This document shows, piece by piece, positions 37,411-46,225 of a DNA stretch of 63,571 nucleotides. A model generated the notes under the pieces. The model was not told the DNA's origin, did not search any database, and saw only the letters and a program-made list of their open reading frames with translations. Made by a program: the position numbers and the translations under genes. This DNA comes from Candidatus Moraniibacteriota bacterium. Lineage in GTDB: Bacteria > Patescibacteriota > Minisyncoccia > Moranbacterales > UBA1568. Every line of letters begins with the position of its first letter. Position 1 is the first letter of the stretch. Location of the stretch: NCBI GenBank assembly GCA_052034975.1, contig JBPOIA010000001.1, positions 1 through 63,571 on the forward strand. The letters are read 5' to 3'.

Positions 37411-37957
37411 TCTTTTGCCGGAAGAACGAAAAGAGGCGATACAGCGCAGCCTGTATTTCCGTTTTTTGCTGTGGCAAACATTCCTCCTGTTCTGTTTGGA
37501 ATGTTTCTATCTCATCGTTTTGTTCGGGATCTTTTTCATCCTGAGCTTCCAATTGCAGACGTTTCAGGAAATCGGAGCGAATATCGACGGTACTACTTCG
37601 TCCGCCCAACAAAAGACACTTAGTCAGTACGAGAAGAAATTTCGCGAGACGAACGAGATGGTCGATACCGCGATCCGGATCGGGCATTCGCATCTCTATT
37701 TTACCGAGGCATTCCTCTTGCTTGACCAGCTTTTGCCGGAAGGTATTCGCGTCGATCAATTGCGCTCGAAGGATTATACGATCCTACTTTCCGGTACGGC
37801 CGCTCGGCGCGACGATCTCCTTCTCTTCGAATCCAACCTGAAAGGATCGTCGTGTGTGAAGAGCGTCAATATGCCGATTTCCAATCTGTTTTCGCAGGAA
37901 GATGTCGATTTTCAGATGGATTTTTCCGTGAAATCCGAATGTTTGAAGAAACAATAA
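37394..37957 (+). CDS. pilN: PilN-like pilus assembly protein
   Basis: LNLLPEERKE N-terminus, a single TM helix, and position after pilM (17-nt overlap). Confidence 0.7.
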   Translation: MKTLLNLLPEERKEAIQRSLYFRFLLWQTFLLFCLECFYLIVLFGIFFILSFQLQTFQEIGANIDGTTSSAQQKTLSQYEKKFRETNEMVDTAIRIGHSHLYFTEAFLLLDQLLPEGIRVDQLRSKDYTILLSGTAARRDDLLLFESNLKGSSCVKSVNMPISNLFSQEDVDFQMDFSVKSECLKKQ

Positions 37958-37961
37958 TCAT

Positions 37962-38699
37962 ATGCATCCGCTTCTCAAAAAACATTTTCCGCTGATCGCA
38001 ATGGGGACGCTCTGTATCGTGATGGCGCTTCTCTTGTGGTTGGCCATCCTGCCGTTGCGTGGTTCTATTCGCGAGAAGATGGACGATATCCAAAAATTCT
38101 ATACCAGTCGCGAGAATCGTGACCGGCAGATTGCCAAGCTTCCGGATCTTTCGAAACAGTTCGAAGCTATTATGGCCGATGAGGGGGCACTCGACATACT
38201 GCTCCAAGAAGAGCATATCGTTGATTTCATCAAGACGCTCGAACGATTGGCTGGAGAAACGGGAGTAACGATAGAGATTTCCTCGAAGGAAAACGGGAGC
38301 ATCATCGATGCCAAGAAATCACCGGCCAAGCAGACTTCGGTCAAGAAGGGTACCGAGACTGATGAAAATGTCGAGAAGGACGAGAGTATTTTGGGAAATT
38401 TGCCATTTGATCGGTATCTTTCCCTCGGTATTTCGGTGAGCGGAGAGTATGCGGATATCGTTCGTTTCCTGCATCGGATGGAGACACTCCCGTTCGGTCT
38501 AGACGTCGTTGGCGTGGATATGCGCCAGGAAAGCGAAGAGGGTTCTGGGCGAGCGTTGTCCGGTTCCGGCATCAACCCGTTTCTTCTGACACCGACGGGC
38601 GAGAACGCCGTGCCGGCCGAGAAGATTCTGACGGAAGAAAAGAAGGATCTGCTGAAAGCGACATTCGATACGATAGTGTATGTGGAAAAAAAAGAATAA
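37962..38699 (+). CDS. pilO: PilO-like pilus assembly protein
   Basis: Single TM helix, then a coiled-coil region and an alpha/beta C-terminal part. The call rests on position after pilN. Confidence 0.55.
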   Translation: MHPLLKKHFPLIAMGTLCIVMALLLWLAILPLRGSIREKMDDIQKFYTSRENRDRQIAKLPDLSKQFEAIMADEGALDILLQEEHIVDFIKTLERLAGETGVTIEISSKENGSIIDAKKSPAKQTSVKKGTETDENVEKDESILGNLPFDRYLSLGISVSGEYADIVRFLHRMETLPFGLDVVGVDMRQESEEGSGRALSGSGINPFLLTPTGENAVPAEKILTEEKKDLLKATFDTIVYVEKKE

Positions 38700-38702
38700 C
38701 GT

Positions 38703-39029
38703 ATGAAGATGTTTTCTATAAAAACGGACTGGCAGAATAAATTTTCGGCGAAGAAAGCGGTCTATTTTTGGTATCGTCATTACAAGCTGCTTTTGGTGGC
38801 CCTTTTCCTGATCGTCCTTGGCTTTGGGACGTGGGCGTGGTACGCCAGTCTCCATAAGTATTCCTGGAACGACGAACAGAAGAAGAAATTCCTTGATTCT
38901 TACGTTCGCGAGACGAATTTCAAGGAAGCGAAGTTTTACGATGTCGTCGAGCGTATGAAGCGCCGGGCCACTTTGCACGAAGAACCTCCAGCGATCAAGA
39001 AGAACATCTTTACCGGCCGGGATTATTGA
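38703..39029 (+). CDS. small membrane protein at the end of the pilus operon
   Basis: One TM helix (LLLVALFLIVLGFGTWAWY). No domain recognised. Confidence 0.45.
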   Translation: MKMFSIKTDWQNKFSAKKAVYFWYRHYKLLLVALFLIVLGFGTWAWYASLHKYSWNDEQKKKFLDSYVRETNFKEAKFYDVVERMKRRATLHEEPPAIKKNIFTGRDY

Positions 39030-39062
39030 CGCCCTCCGTGATTTTGGGTAGAGTACCTGTCT

Positions 39063-40121
39063 ATGGTGTCAGTATCCCGTATCGCACAATTCAAAGCGCT
39101 GTTTCCCGATGCGCCAAAGTTCCGGTTGAAACAGCTGGAAGAAGCGTTCTTTTCCTCGACCGGTTTTGGTTTCGGGGATATTTCTGTTTTGCCGCTCGAA
39201 ATGCGCGAAACACTTTCTCGGGAATTACGTTGGCTCTCACTTCGATCCGTACGAGTACTTGAAAGCGCGAAAAAAGACACTTATAAGGCGGTAGTTGAAT
39301 TTGAGGACGGGAAACGCGTGGAAACCGTGTTGATGCAAAACGCCCGCGGTTATTTTACGGTTTGTGTTTCGTCGCAGATAGGGTGTGCGATGGCCTGCAC
39401 GTTTTGTGCGACTGGGATGATGGGATTTTCCCGCAATCTTTCCGCTGACGAAATTGTCGACCAGTATCGGTTCTGGAAAGAATTCTTATGCGGCCGACCA
39501 ATGTTGCCGCAGCGCATCAGCAATATCGTGTGTATGGGAATGGGCGAGCCGCTCGCGAATTATGATAACGTGAAAGAGGCCCTGCGGACCATCCTTGCTT
39601 ATACGGATATCGGGCCGACCCGAATCACGGTTTCCACGGTCGGACTTATACCGATGCTTCATCATCTTCTCGATGATCCCGAGTGGCCGCCGGTGCGGCT
39701 CGCGGTATCGCTCCATAGCGCGGATATCTTGACGCGTAAGCGTATGATGCCGAGTTCGTTCGATGCATTCCTCGACGACTTGGCCGGATGGGCGAAAAAA
39801 TATCTCCAAAAGTTCGATAGCAAGCGCCGTCACATCACGTTCGAATACGTGATGCTCTCTGGCATCAACGATACAAAGCGGCATGCGGAGGCGCTCATCC
39901 GTTTCGCGCGACGTATTGGTAAGGCCCGCATCAATCTCATCCCGTACAATTTTACGGGTGACACGTACCAGGGAAGTCTCCCCGGGGACTTCGCGCGTTT
40001 TCAAGAACAACTTCTCGCCGCGAGTATCGATGTCACGAGGCGGCGTTCGATGGGTGACGATATCGCCGCCGCCTGCGGACAGCTGATAATCGGCAAGGAG
40101 AAGGAAGAAATAAAGGAATAG
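39063..40121 (+). CDS. rlmN: 23S rRNA (adenine2503-C2)/tRNA methyltransferase, radical SAM
   Basis: VSSQIGCAMACTFCATGMMGFSRNLSADEIVDQ, GMGEPLANYDN, and a C-terminal catalytic Cys (AACGQL). Confidence 0.93.
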   Translation: MVSVSRIAQFKALFPDAPKFRLKQLEEAFFSSTGFGFGDISVLPLEMRETLSRELRWLSLRSVRVLESAKKDTYKAVVEFEDGKRVETVLMQNARGYFTVCVSSQIGCAMACTFCATGMMGFSRNLSADEIVDQYRFWKEFLCGRPMLPQRISNIVCMGMGEPLANYDNVKEALRTILAYTDIGPTRITVSTVGLIPMLHHLLDDPEWPPVRLAVSLHSADILTRKRMMPSSFDAFLDDLAGWAKKYLQKFDSKRRHITFEYVMLSGINDTKRHAEALIRFARRIGKARINLIPYNFTGDTYQGSLPGDFARFQEQLLAASIDVTRRRSMGDDIAAACGQLIIGKEKEEIKE

Positions 40122-40122
40122 T

Positions 40123-41271
40123 ATGCCTGAAAAGTATTTCATCCACACATTCGGATGTCAGCAGAACGTGGCGGATTCGGAACGCCTTGCGAGTTTGTAC
40201 GAATCGCGTGGTTTTACGCGTGCGGAAAAATTGGAAGACGCCGATATGCTTATCCTGAATACTTGTGTCGTCCGTGATCGGGCCGAAGAGAAGGTATATG
40301 GAATGATCAAGAGTCTGCGGAAACGCCTGGGGAAGAAAGCTCCGCGTATCGTGGTAACCGGTTGTCTTATCGGCGCCGCCGCGCGCGTGCCGGGCGGAAA
40401 GATGATGAAGCGGCTCACGTCACGACTGCCGGATGTGGAATTCCTTCCGATGGAGGAAGTCGGTTTCGAGCACGTGCCTAAGCGCGCCAGGGGAAAGATG
40501 GCTTCCATTGTCATCTCCAACGGCTGCAATAATTTCTGTGCGTTTTGTATCGTGCCGTTTTCGCGCGGCAAAGAACGCTCGCGGCCGTTTTACGATATTG
40601 TGGCCGAAGCGAAGCGGGTCGCGGAAGAGGGATATGAGGAAGTGCTCCTTCTCGGTCAGAACGTCAATTCGTATGGTGCGGATTTTTTGATGGAGAAAAT
40701 AAAAGAAGGTGAGGAATACGAACTGCCTGACGGCAAGAGGGTGAAGCCGGTGATGGTGAAACATCTGAATCGTCATCGTATCCCGACACTCTTCCCATAT
40801 CTTTTGGAGCGGATAGCGGATATCCCCGGTCTCAAAAAAGTGTCGTTCATCTCTTCTAATCCGTGGGATTTTTCGGATGAGCTTATCGAGACAATTGCGC
40901 GCCATCCGAATATCGACCGACTCCTCCATCTGCCGATACAGGCAGGGAGTGATGAAGTCCTGAAGAATATGAACCGTTGGTACACGCGTGACGAATATCT
41001 CGCGCTTATCGGTCGTATCCGTTCACGTATTCCCGATGCCCGTTTCACGACCGACATCATCGTCGGTTTTCCCGGCGAGACCAAAGAGCAGTTCGAGGAG
41101 ACGATTGATCTTGCCAAGCGTGTCGATTTCGATAAGGCGTTTATCGCGTGGTACAGTCCACGCCCCGGCACGGCTGCGACCAAGCATATGAAAGATGATG
41201 TTCCAATCGAAGAGAAAAAACGCCGTTTCTCGGCGCTGGATGCAGTCACTTTTAAATGGAAAAAGGCTTGA
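40123..41271 (+). CDS. miaB: MiaB/RimO-family radical-SAM methylthiotransferase lacking a TRAM domain
   Basis: FIHTFGCQQNVADSE, LNTCVVR, and the radical-SAM ISNGCNNFCAFCIVP. The 382-aa protein stops where TRAM normally begins. Confidence 0.85.
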   Translation: MPEKYFIHTFGCQQNVADSERLASLYESRGFTRAEKLEDADMLILNTCVVRDRAEEKVYGMIKSLRKRLGKKAPRIVVTGCLIGAAARVPGGKMMKRLTSRLPDVEFLPMEEVGFEHVPKRARGKMASIVISNGCNNFCAFCIVPFSRGKERSRPFYDIVAEAKRVAEEGYEEVLLLGQNVNSYGADFLMEKIKEGEEYELPDGKRVKPVMVKHLNRHRIPTLFPYLLERIADIPGLKKVSFISSNPWDFSDELIETIARHPNIDRLLHLPIQAGSDEVLKNMNRWYTRDEYLALIGRIRSRIPDARFTTDIIVGFPGETKEQFEETIDLAKRVDFDKAFIAWYSPRPGTAATKHMKDDVPIEEKKRRFSALDAVTFKWKKA

Positions 41272-41355
41272 ATGAATTGTTTTTCGATATTTACGACCGA
41301 GCGAAGTGAGAGAAATTCAGTCGTAGAGCGGGTTTACAGTCGATACCCATCATTG

Positions 41356-41384
41356 TTGACAAAGAGTCATTTTTGGTGTATAAT
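41356..41384 (+). promoter_or_regulatory. consensus sigma70 promoter
   Basis: TTGACA (41356-41361), exactly 17 nt of spacer, TATAAT (41379-41384) with TG immediately upstream. Confidence 0.7.
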
Positions 41385-41442
41385 AAAAAGAACGTTGGAA
41401 AAACGTTTCGGTAATCAATTGTCCTTTTAGAGGAGGAAGAAA

Positions 41443-41559
41443 GTGGAAATAACCGATGTTATCGTGAAGTTTTTGCCGTATTATCTCGTCTTGTCCCCCC
41501 TCGGAACGCTGTTTGCCTTGGCCCTCGTGCGGATCAACCAGTACGAGGATAAAGACTGA
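41443..41559 (+). CDS. unannotated 38-aa hydrophobic small protein
   Basis: GTG 6 nt after the RBS agaggagg. Product (M)EITDVIVKFLPYYLVLSPLGTLFALALVRINQYEDKD has one TM helix. It is flanked by a consensus promoter and its own terminator. It is below the ORF-track length cutoff. Confidence 0.5.
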   Translation: MEITDVIVKFLPYYLVLSPLGTLFALALVRINQYEDKD

Positions 41560-41581
41560 ACATCGTACGAACAGAAGCGAA

Positions 41582-41611
41582 CCGTCCCAAAAATTTCTTG
41601 GGCGGTTTTTT
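41582..41611 (+). terminator. intrinsic terminator
   Basis: ccgtcccaa / cttgggcgg stem (one bulge) followed by tttttt. Confidence 0.6.
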
Positions 41612-41647
41612 CTTGCGGCAGGGATGGTTTTGGTCTATGCTTTCGAT

Positions 41648-42460
41648 ATGTCGAAGAAAACAATCACCATCTTTTCTTGGAATGTGAACGGTATCCGGGC
41701 GGTGCATAAAAAAGGTTTATTTGTGCCGTTTATCGAAAAATATCAGCCGGATATTCTGTGTCTCCAGGAAACTAAAGCGGCCCAAGGGCAGTCGGAAATC
41801 GATATGCCGGAATACGGGGAATATTGGAATTCCGCCGAGCGTAAGGGATACTCTGGAACGGCGATTTTTACCAAACAGAAACCGCTTGCCGTGCGGAACG
41901 GTTTTCCCGAGGCGATCGAAAAAAAATTCCGTCTCGAGCACGACGGGTACGGTGATCCGTGCGCGGAAGGAAGAGTGATCGCCGCCGAGTTCGAGGATTT
42001 TTTTGTGGTGACGGTGTATACGCCGAACGCCAAAGACGATTTGTCGCGACTTTCGTTGCGATATAAGAAATGGGATCCGGCGTTTCTTGCGTATTGTCGG
42101 GAGTTGGAAACGCAGAAACCGGTGATTTTTTGCGGTGATCTGAATGTGGCGCATACGCCTGATGACCTCGCCCATCCGAAAGAAAACGAAGGCAAACACG
42201 GATTCACGAATGAGGAGCGTGAGGGATTCCGGAATTTTCTTGAGGCCGGGTTTGTCGATACGTTTCGCTTATTTTACCAAGGGAGCGGGTTTTATAGTTG
42301 GTGGTCGCACTGGCAGCGCGCGCGTGAAAGAAACGTCGGTTGGCGTATCGACTATGTATTGGTAAGCGGGAAGCTTCGTCCGCACGTACAGGAAGCGTTT
42401 CTTTTGCCGGAGGTTTTCGGTTCGGATCATTGCCCGGTGGGAATACGAATAGCCCTATGA
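41648..42460 (+). CDS. xthA: exodeoxyribonuclease III (AP endonuclease)
   Basis: ITIFSWNVNGIRA, ILCLQETK, GDLNVAHTPDD, WRIDYVLVS, and GSDHCPV. Start taken at the internal ATG. Confidence 0.93.
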   Translation: MSKKTITIFSWNVNGIRAVHKKGLFVPFIEKYQPDILCLQETKAAQGQSEIDMPEYGEYWNSAERKGYSGTAIFTKQKPLAVRNGFPEAIEKKFRLEHDGYGDPCAEGRVIAAEFEDFFVVTVYTPNAKDDLSRLSLRYKKWDPAFLAYCRELETQKPVIFCGDLNVAHTPDDLAHPKENEGKHGFTNEEREGFRNFLEAGFVDTFRLFYQGSGFYSWWSHWQRARERNVGWRIDYVLVSGKLRPHVQEAFLLPEVFGSDHCPVGIRIAL

Positions 42461-43689
42461 CAACAACAAGAGAGGCCAATGTTCCACTTGCGGAACGAAT
42501 GCGTCCGAAAAATCTTGATGATTTTATCGGACAGGAAAAAGTTTTGGGCGAGGGTTCTTTTTTGCGCGAAGCGATCGCAATCGATCGGGTTCCGTCGCTT
42601 ATTTTTTGGGGACCGCCGGGAAGCGGGAAAACGACGCTTGCGCTCCTTATCGCATACGAAACGGAAGCGGAATTCCGCCAACTTTCCGCTGTCGGAAGCG
42701 GTGTAAAGGAACTGCGCGCCGTTATCGGACAAGCGGAAGCGAACAGGGCGAACGGAAAAAAAACGATCCTTTTTGTCGATGAGATCCATCGGTGGAACAA
42801 GGCACAGCAGGATGCTCTTTTGCCGCACGTGGAGCAGGGCACGCTCATCCTTATCGGCGCGACGACCGAGAACCCGAGTTTTGAAGTGAACGCCGCTCTC
42901 CTGTCTCGGACGCGCGTGCTCGTGCTTGAAAAACATTCCGAAGAAGCGCTCGTAATGTTTCTCAAGAAGGCGCTTACGGATGCGGAAACGCATTTCGGAA
43001 AAAGCGTATCGGCTGACGACGCGGCGCTTCATTTTATCGCGGCGATATCTGGCGGAGACGCGCGTACGGCGCTCAATACGCTCGAAGCCTGTGCGCTTCA
43101 CGCGAGTCATATCGATGCGAAAACAGTCGAACGGACCGTCAAACGTTCGCACATCCTTTACGACAAGGGCGGGGAAGAGCATTACAATATCATTTCGGCG
43201 CTTCATAAATCTTTGCGCGGCGGCGATGCGGATGCGGCGCTCTATTGGCTTGGACGGATGCTTGAAGCCGGTGAAGATCCGCTTTATGTGGCGAGACGAC
43301 TGGTGCGTTTCGCGTCGGAAGACGTAGGACTTGCCAATTCGTTCGCGTTGCCTCAGGCAGTCGCTGCGTTCCAGGCGTGTCAGATGCTTGGAATGCCGGA
43401 ATGCGAGGTGCATTTGGCACAAGCGGTCGTTTATCTTGCGAAATCCAAAAAATCAAACGCGCTTTATGTTGCGTACGGAAAAGTCAAAGAAGATGTGGCA
43501 AAATTTCCGAATGAGCCGGTGCCGCTCCATATCCGCAACGCGTCGACCAAGCTGATGAAAGAGCTCGGTTATGGCCGAGGATACAAATACGCGCCCGACT
43601 ACAAAAATGCGGCGGAAGCGGCTCAGGAATATTTTCCCGATCGGCTTCGGGGGCGGAAATACATCGCGTTCGACGGGAAGGATGATTGA
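42457..43689 (+). CDS. rarA: replication-associated recombination protein A (AAA+)
   Basis: PLAERMRPKNLDDFIGQEKVLG, FWGPPGSGKTTLA, and LFVDEIHRWNKAQQDALLPHVE. ATGA overlap with xthA. Confidence 0.93.
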   Translation: MTTTREANVPLAERMRPKNLDDFIGQEKVLGEGSFLREAIAIDRVPSLIFWGPPGSGKTTLALLIAYETEAEFRQLSAVGSGVKELRAVIGQAEANRANGKKTILFVDEIHRWNKAQQDALLPHVEQGTLILIGATTENPSFEVNAALLSRTRVLVLEKHSEEALVMFLKKALTDAETHFGKSVSADDAALHFIAAISGGDARTALNTLEACALHASHIDAKTVERTVKRSHILYDKGGEEHYNIISALHKSLRGGDADAALYWLGRMLEAGEDPLYVARRLVRFASEDVGLANSFALPQAVAAFQACQMLGMPECEVHLAQAVVYLAKSKKSNALYVAYGKVKEDVAKFPNEPVPLHIRNASTKLMKELGYGRGYKYAPDYKNAAEAAQEYFPDRLRGRKYIAFDGKDD

Positions 43690-43811
43690 TTTTCTTGACA
43701 TCGTTTCCGAAAAGCGGTATCCTTCTTTAGTCAGGGAAACATTCTGACGCATTGGCGTAAACGACCACATCGGCCGTTTTTGTTTTTTTGTTTCGGAGAG
43801 AGGAGCAGGAA

Positions 43812-44015
43812 ATGTCGGAAGAAATTATCGCGCAGGCGGAACAAGCTTTGAAAAACGGAGACCTCAAGCAAGCGGTGTATGCCAGAAAAGCCCTTGCCTG
43901 CGTGATACGGATCGGCGGGCAGGCGCCGGATAAGAGAGAACAGCTTCTGCAGAAGCATAGCGAAATCTATGCCGGTATCGGCGATCTCATCAATAAAGCC
44001 GGTTCGCTCACGTAA
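43812..44015 (+). CDS. hypothetical small protein (67 aa)
   Basis: ATG after the gagaggag RBS, and a terminator follows directly. No domain recognised. Confidence 0.45.
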   Translation: MSEEIIAQAEQALKNGDLKQAVYARKALACVIRIGGQAPDKREQLLQKHSEIYAGIGDLINKAGSLT

Positions 44016-44038
44016 GCGGACGAACGGCGATTATTCAC

Positions 44039-44069
44039 CCGGAGACAAGAATCTTTGTCTCCGGTTTTT
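44039..44069 (+). terminator. intrinsic terminator
   Basis: ccggagacaa / ttgtctccgg stem followed by ttttt. Confidence 0.65.
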
Positions 44070-44129
44070 CTTTTCAAAAATGAAGAGGGGTGATAGAATG
44101 GGGTTTCTTACACAGAAGCCTACTCGTAT

Positions 44130-45527
44130 ATGGATATCAGATTTTCTCAGGAGACAGTCACGTATTGGCAGAAAAAAGGTGCGCTTTCCGTTTGTTTTGG
44201 AGTGGACGAAAAAGACGGGGTCCTATTCGAGCGTTCCGGCCGTCATACGCTTTCGCTCAGAACGGTCGCGGCGGAAAAAATGACGCGACGCACACTCATC
44301 CTGTTGGTTCGGCGCATCATTCGTGAAGCACTGGCGAAGAAAGAGGCGACGATCGTTCTCGATATTCGCCAATTCCGTTTTCCGAATATTAGGATATCGG
44401 ATGCCGATTTGGCTGAGCTTATCACGGTCAATTGTCTGATGGCAGAATTTTCTTTTCGCGATTTCCTGTCAGTGCCGAAAGAAGGTTTTGGAGAGGTGCG
44501 GACAGTCGTGCTTCTTGGCGCGTTCGGACGGGAGATGCGTCTTGGTATTCGCCGGGGCATCGTCATCGGAGAAGAAACGAACCGGTCACGGCGCATCGCA
44601 ACGATGCCGGGCGGTGAAATGACACCGGAGCGTCTAGCGGCGCACGCAAAAGACGCTCTGCGGGGATTGCCGGTTTCAATTTCCGTGCTGGATGAGTCAT
44701 CGATGCGGCGATTGAAAATGGGCGGCGTGCTCGGTGTTGGCCAGGGTTCTGCAAGTAAGCCGCGATTCATCATTCTCGAATATTTTGGTGCGGCTCAGAA
44801 AAAAGAGCAACCGATCGTGTTGGTAGGGAAAGGCGTGACGTTCGATACGGGTGGTATCAATCTGAAACCTGATGACGCGATGCTTGGGATGAATATGGAT
44901 ATGTCTGGTGGCGCAGCCGTAATTCATACGATTGCTGCCGCCGCGCGTTTACGCATACCGAAAAATATTGTGACGCTGGTTCCGGCGGTGGAGAATATGC
45001 CGTCTGGATCAAGTTACCGTCCAGGCGATATTCTGCGATCGATGTCCGGAAAAACCATCGAAGTGCGGAACACGGATGCCGAAGGACGCATCATTCTTGC
45101 GGATGCACTCCATTATGCCAAACGGTACAAGCCGGCACTTGTAATCGATGTAGCGACGCTTACCGGTGCAGCCTTGGTCGCGCTCGGAGAACGGGCGATT
45201 GCGCTTTTTACGGCGGATGAAACGCTAGAAGCGATGTTCCGCACTGCTGGCGAAGAGAGCGGCGATTACGTATGGCCGCTGCCGCTTTGGGAAGAATATG
45301 ATCAGGAAATCAAAGGGACATTTGGCGATATCGCGAATATCGGAAAGACACGCTTTGGCGGCGCCATAACGGCGGCAGTATTTCTGAAACAATTTGTCGA
45401 CGATGCGTACCGGTTCGTACATCTTGATATCGCGCCGCGAATGACCGCGCTTCCGGACGAATTTCTTGCTGCCGGATCGGCTGGCACGCCCATCAGACTT
45501 TTATTGAAAGTTCTCGAAAGAGTGTAA
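44130..45527 (+). CDS. pepA: leucyl aminopeptidase (M17)
   Basis: VGKGVTFDTGGINLKP, NTDAEGRIILADAL, and DVATLTGA. Confidence 0.92.
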   Translation: MDIRFSQETVTYWQKKGALSVCFGVDEKDGVLFERSGRHTLSLRTVAAEKMTRRTLILLVRRIIREALAKKEATIVLDIRQFRFPNIRISDADLAELITVNCLMAEFSFRDFLSVPKEGFGEVRTVVLLGAFGREMRLGIRRGIVIGEETNRSRRIATMPGGEMTPERLAAHAKDALRGLPVSISVLDESSMRRLKMGGVLGVGQGSASKPRFIILEYFGAAQKKEQPIVLVGKGVTFDTGGINLKPDDAMLGMNMDMSGGAAVIHTIAAAARLRIPKNIVTLVPAVENMPSGSSYRPGDILRSMSGKTIEVRNTDAEGRIILADALHYAKRYKPALVIDVATLTGAALVALGERAIALFTADETLEAMFRTAGEESGDYVWPLPLWEEYDQEIKGTFGDIANIGKTRFGGAITAAVFLKQFVDDAYRFVHLDIAPRMTALPDEFLAAGSAGTPIRLLLKVLERV

Positions 45528-45550
45528 GTATTCTTTCAAAAGATATGGAA

Positions 45551-45575
45551 ACGGCTTCATCAAGCCGTTTTTTTG
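45551..45575 (+). terminator. intrinsic terminator
   Basis: acggctt / aagccgt stem followed by ttttttt. Confidence 0.65.
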
Positions 45576-45591
45576 GTGGATAACTATTGTG

Positions 45592-45620
45592 TTGACGTCT
45601 GTCGATCGGTGGAATAGAAT
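45592..45620 (+). promoter_or_regulatory. sigma70-like promoter of the dcw (mraZ) operon
   Basis: TTGACG (45592-45597), 17-nt spacer, TAGAAT (45615-45620). Confidence 0.55.
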
Positions 45621-45635
45621 GGGTTTATGTTATAT

Positions 45636-45653
45636 AAAGTGGGTGAAAGTGGG
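45636..45653 (+). promoter_or_regulatory. candidate MraZ operator: two AAAGTGGG direct repeats with 10-bp periodicity
   Basis: AAAGTGGG at 45636-45643 and 45646-45653. An ATGGG at 45619-45623 is in phase 20 bp upstream. All lie just downstream of the -10. Confidence 0.6.
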
Positions 45654-45682
45654 GAATTTCACATCACCGTCGTTTCGTGCCT

Positions 45683-46117
45683 ATGTTTATCGGAGAATAT
45701 CAACATACGATCGATCCAAAAAAACGCCTGGCGCTTCCTTCGAAGTTCCGTGGCGAATTGGGAAACAAAGTGGTCGTGACGCGTGGTCTCGACAGTTGTC
45801 TCTTTGTATATCCGGTCAGGGTGTGGGAAGAACTCGCGTCAAAACTTGGGACGCTGCCGGTCGGAGAATCCGGCACGCGCAGTTTTATCCGCGTGATGCT
45901 TGCCGGCGCAGCGGATGTAGAGCTCGATAGCCAGGGGAGAGTTCTCTTGCCGGAATACCTGAAACAGGATGGCGGATTGAAGAAAGATGTGACGATCGTC
46001 GGACTTTTCAATCGTTTGGAAATTTGGGATACGGCGAAATGGAACCGGTATAAGAGTTTGGCGGAAAAAAATACTGGAAAAATTGCGGAAGATCTTGGAA
46101 AACTGGGAATTTATTAA
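45683..46117 (+). CDS. mraZ: transcriptional regulator MraZ
   Basis: MFIGEYQHTIDPKKRLALPSKFR plus a second SpoVT/AbrB-like repeat (LDSQGRVLLPEYL). Confidence 0.92.
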   Translation: MFIGEYQHTIDPKKRLALPSKFRGELGNKVVVTRGLDSCLFVYPVRVWEELASKLGTLPVGESGTRSFIRVMLAGAADVELDSQGRVLLPEYLKQDGGLKKDVTIVGLFNRLEIWDTAKWNRYKSLAEKNTGKIAEDLGKLGIY

Positions 46118-46225
46118 AAAATTTCTAATACCTAATATCTAATTTCTTACAAAAATAAAAATACTTCATTAAGAATAAGGAAAGCGAGTATTTTGTTGGA
46201 AATTGGAAATTGGGAATGAGGAATT

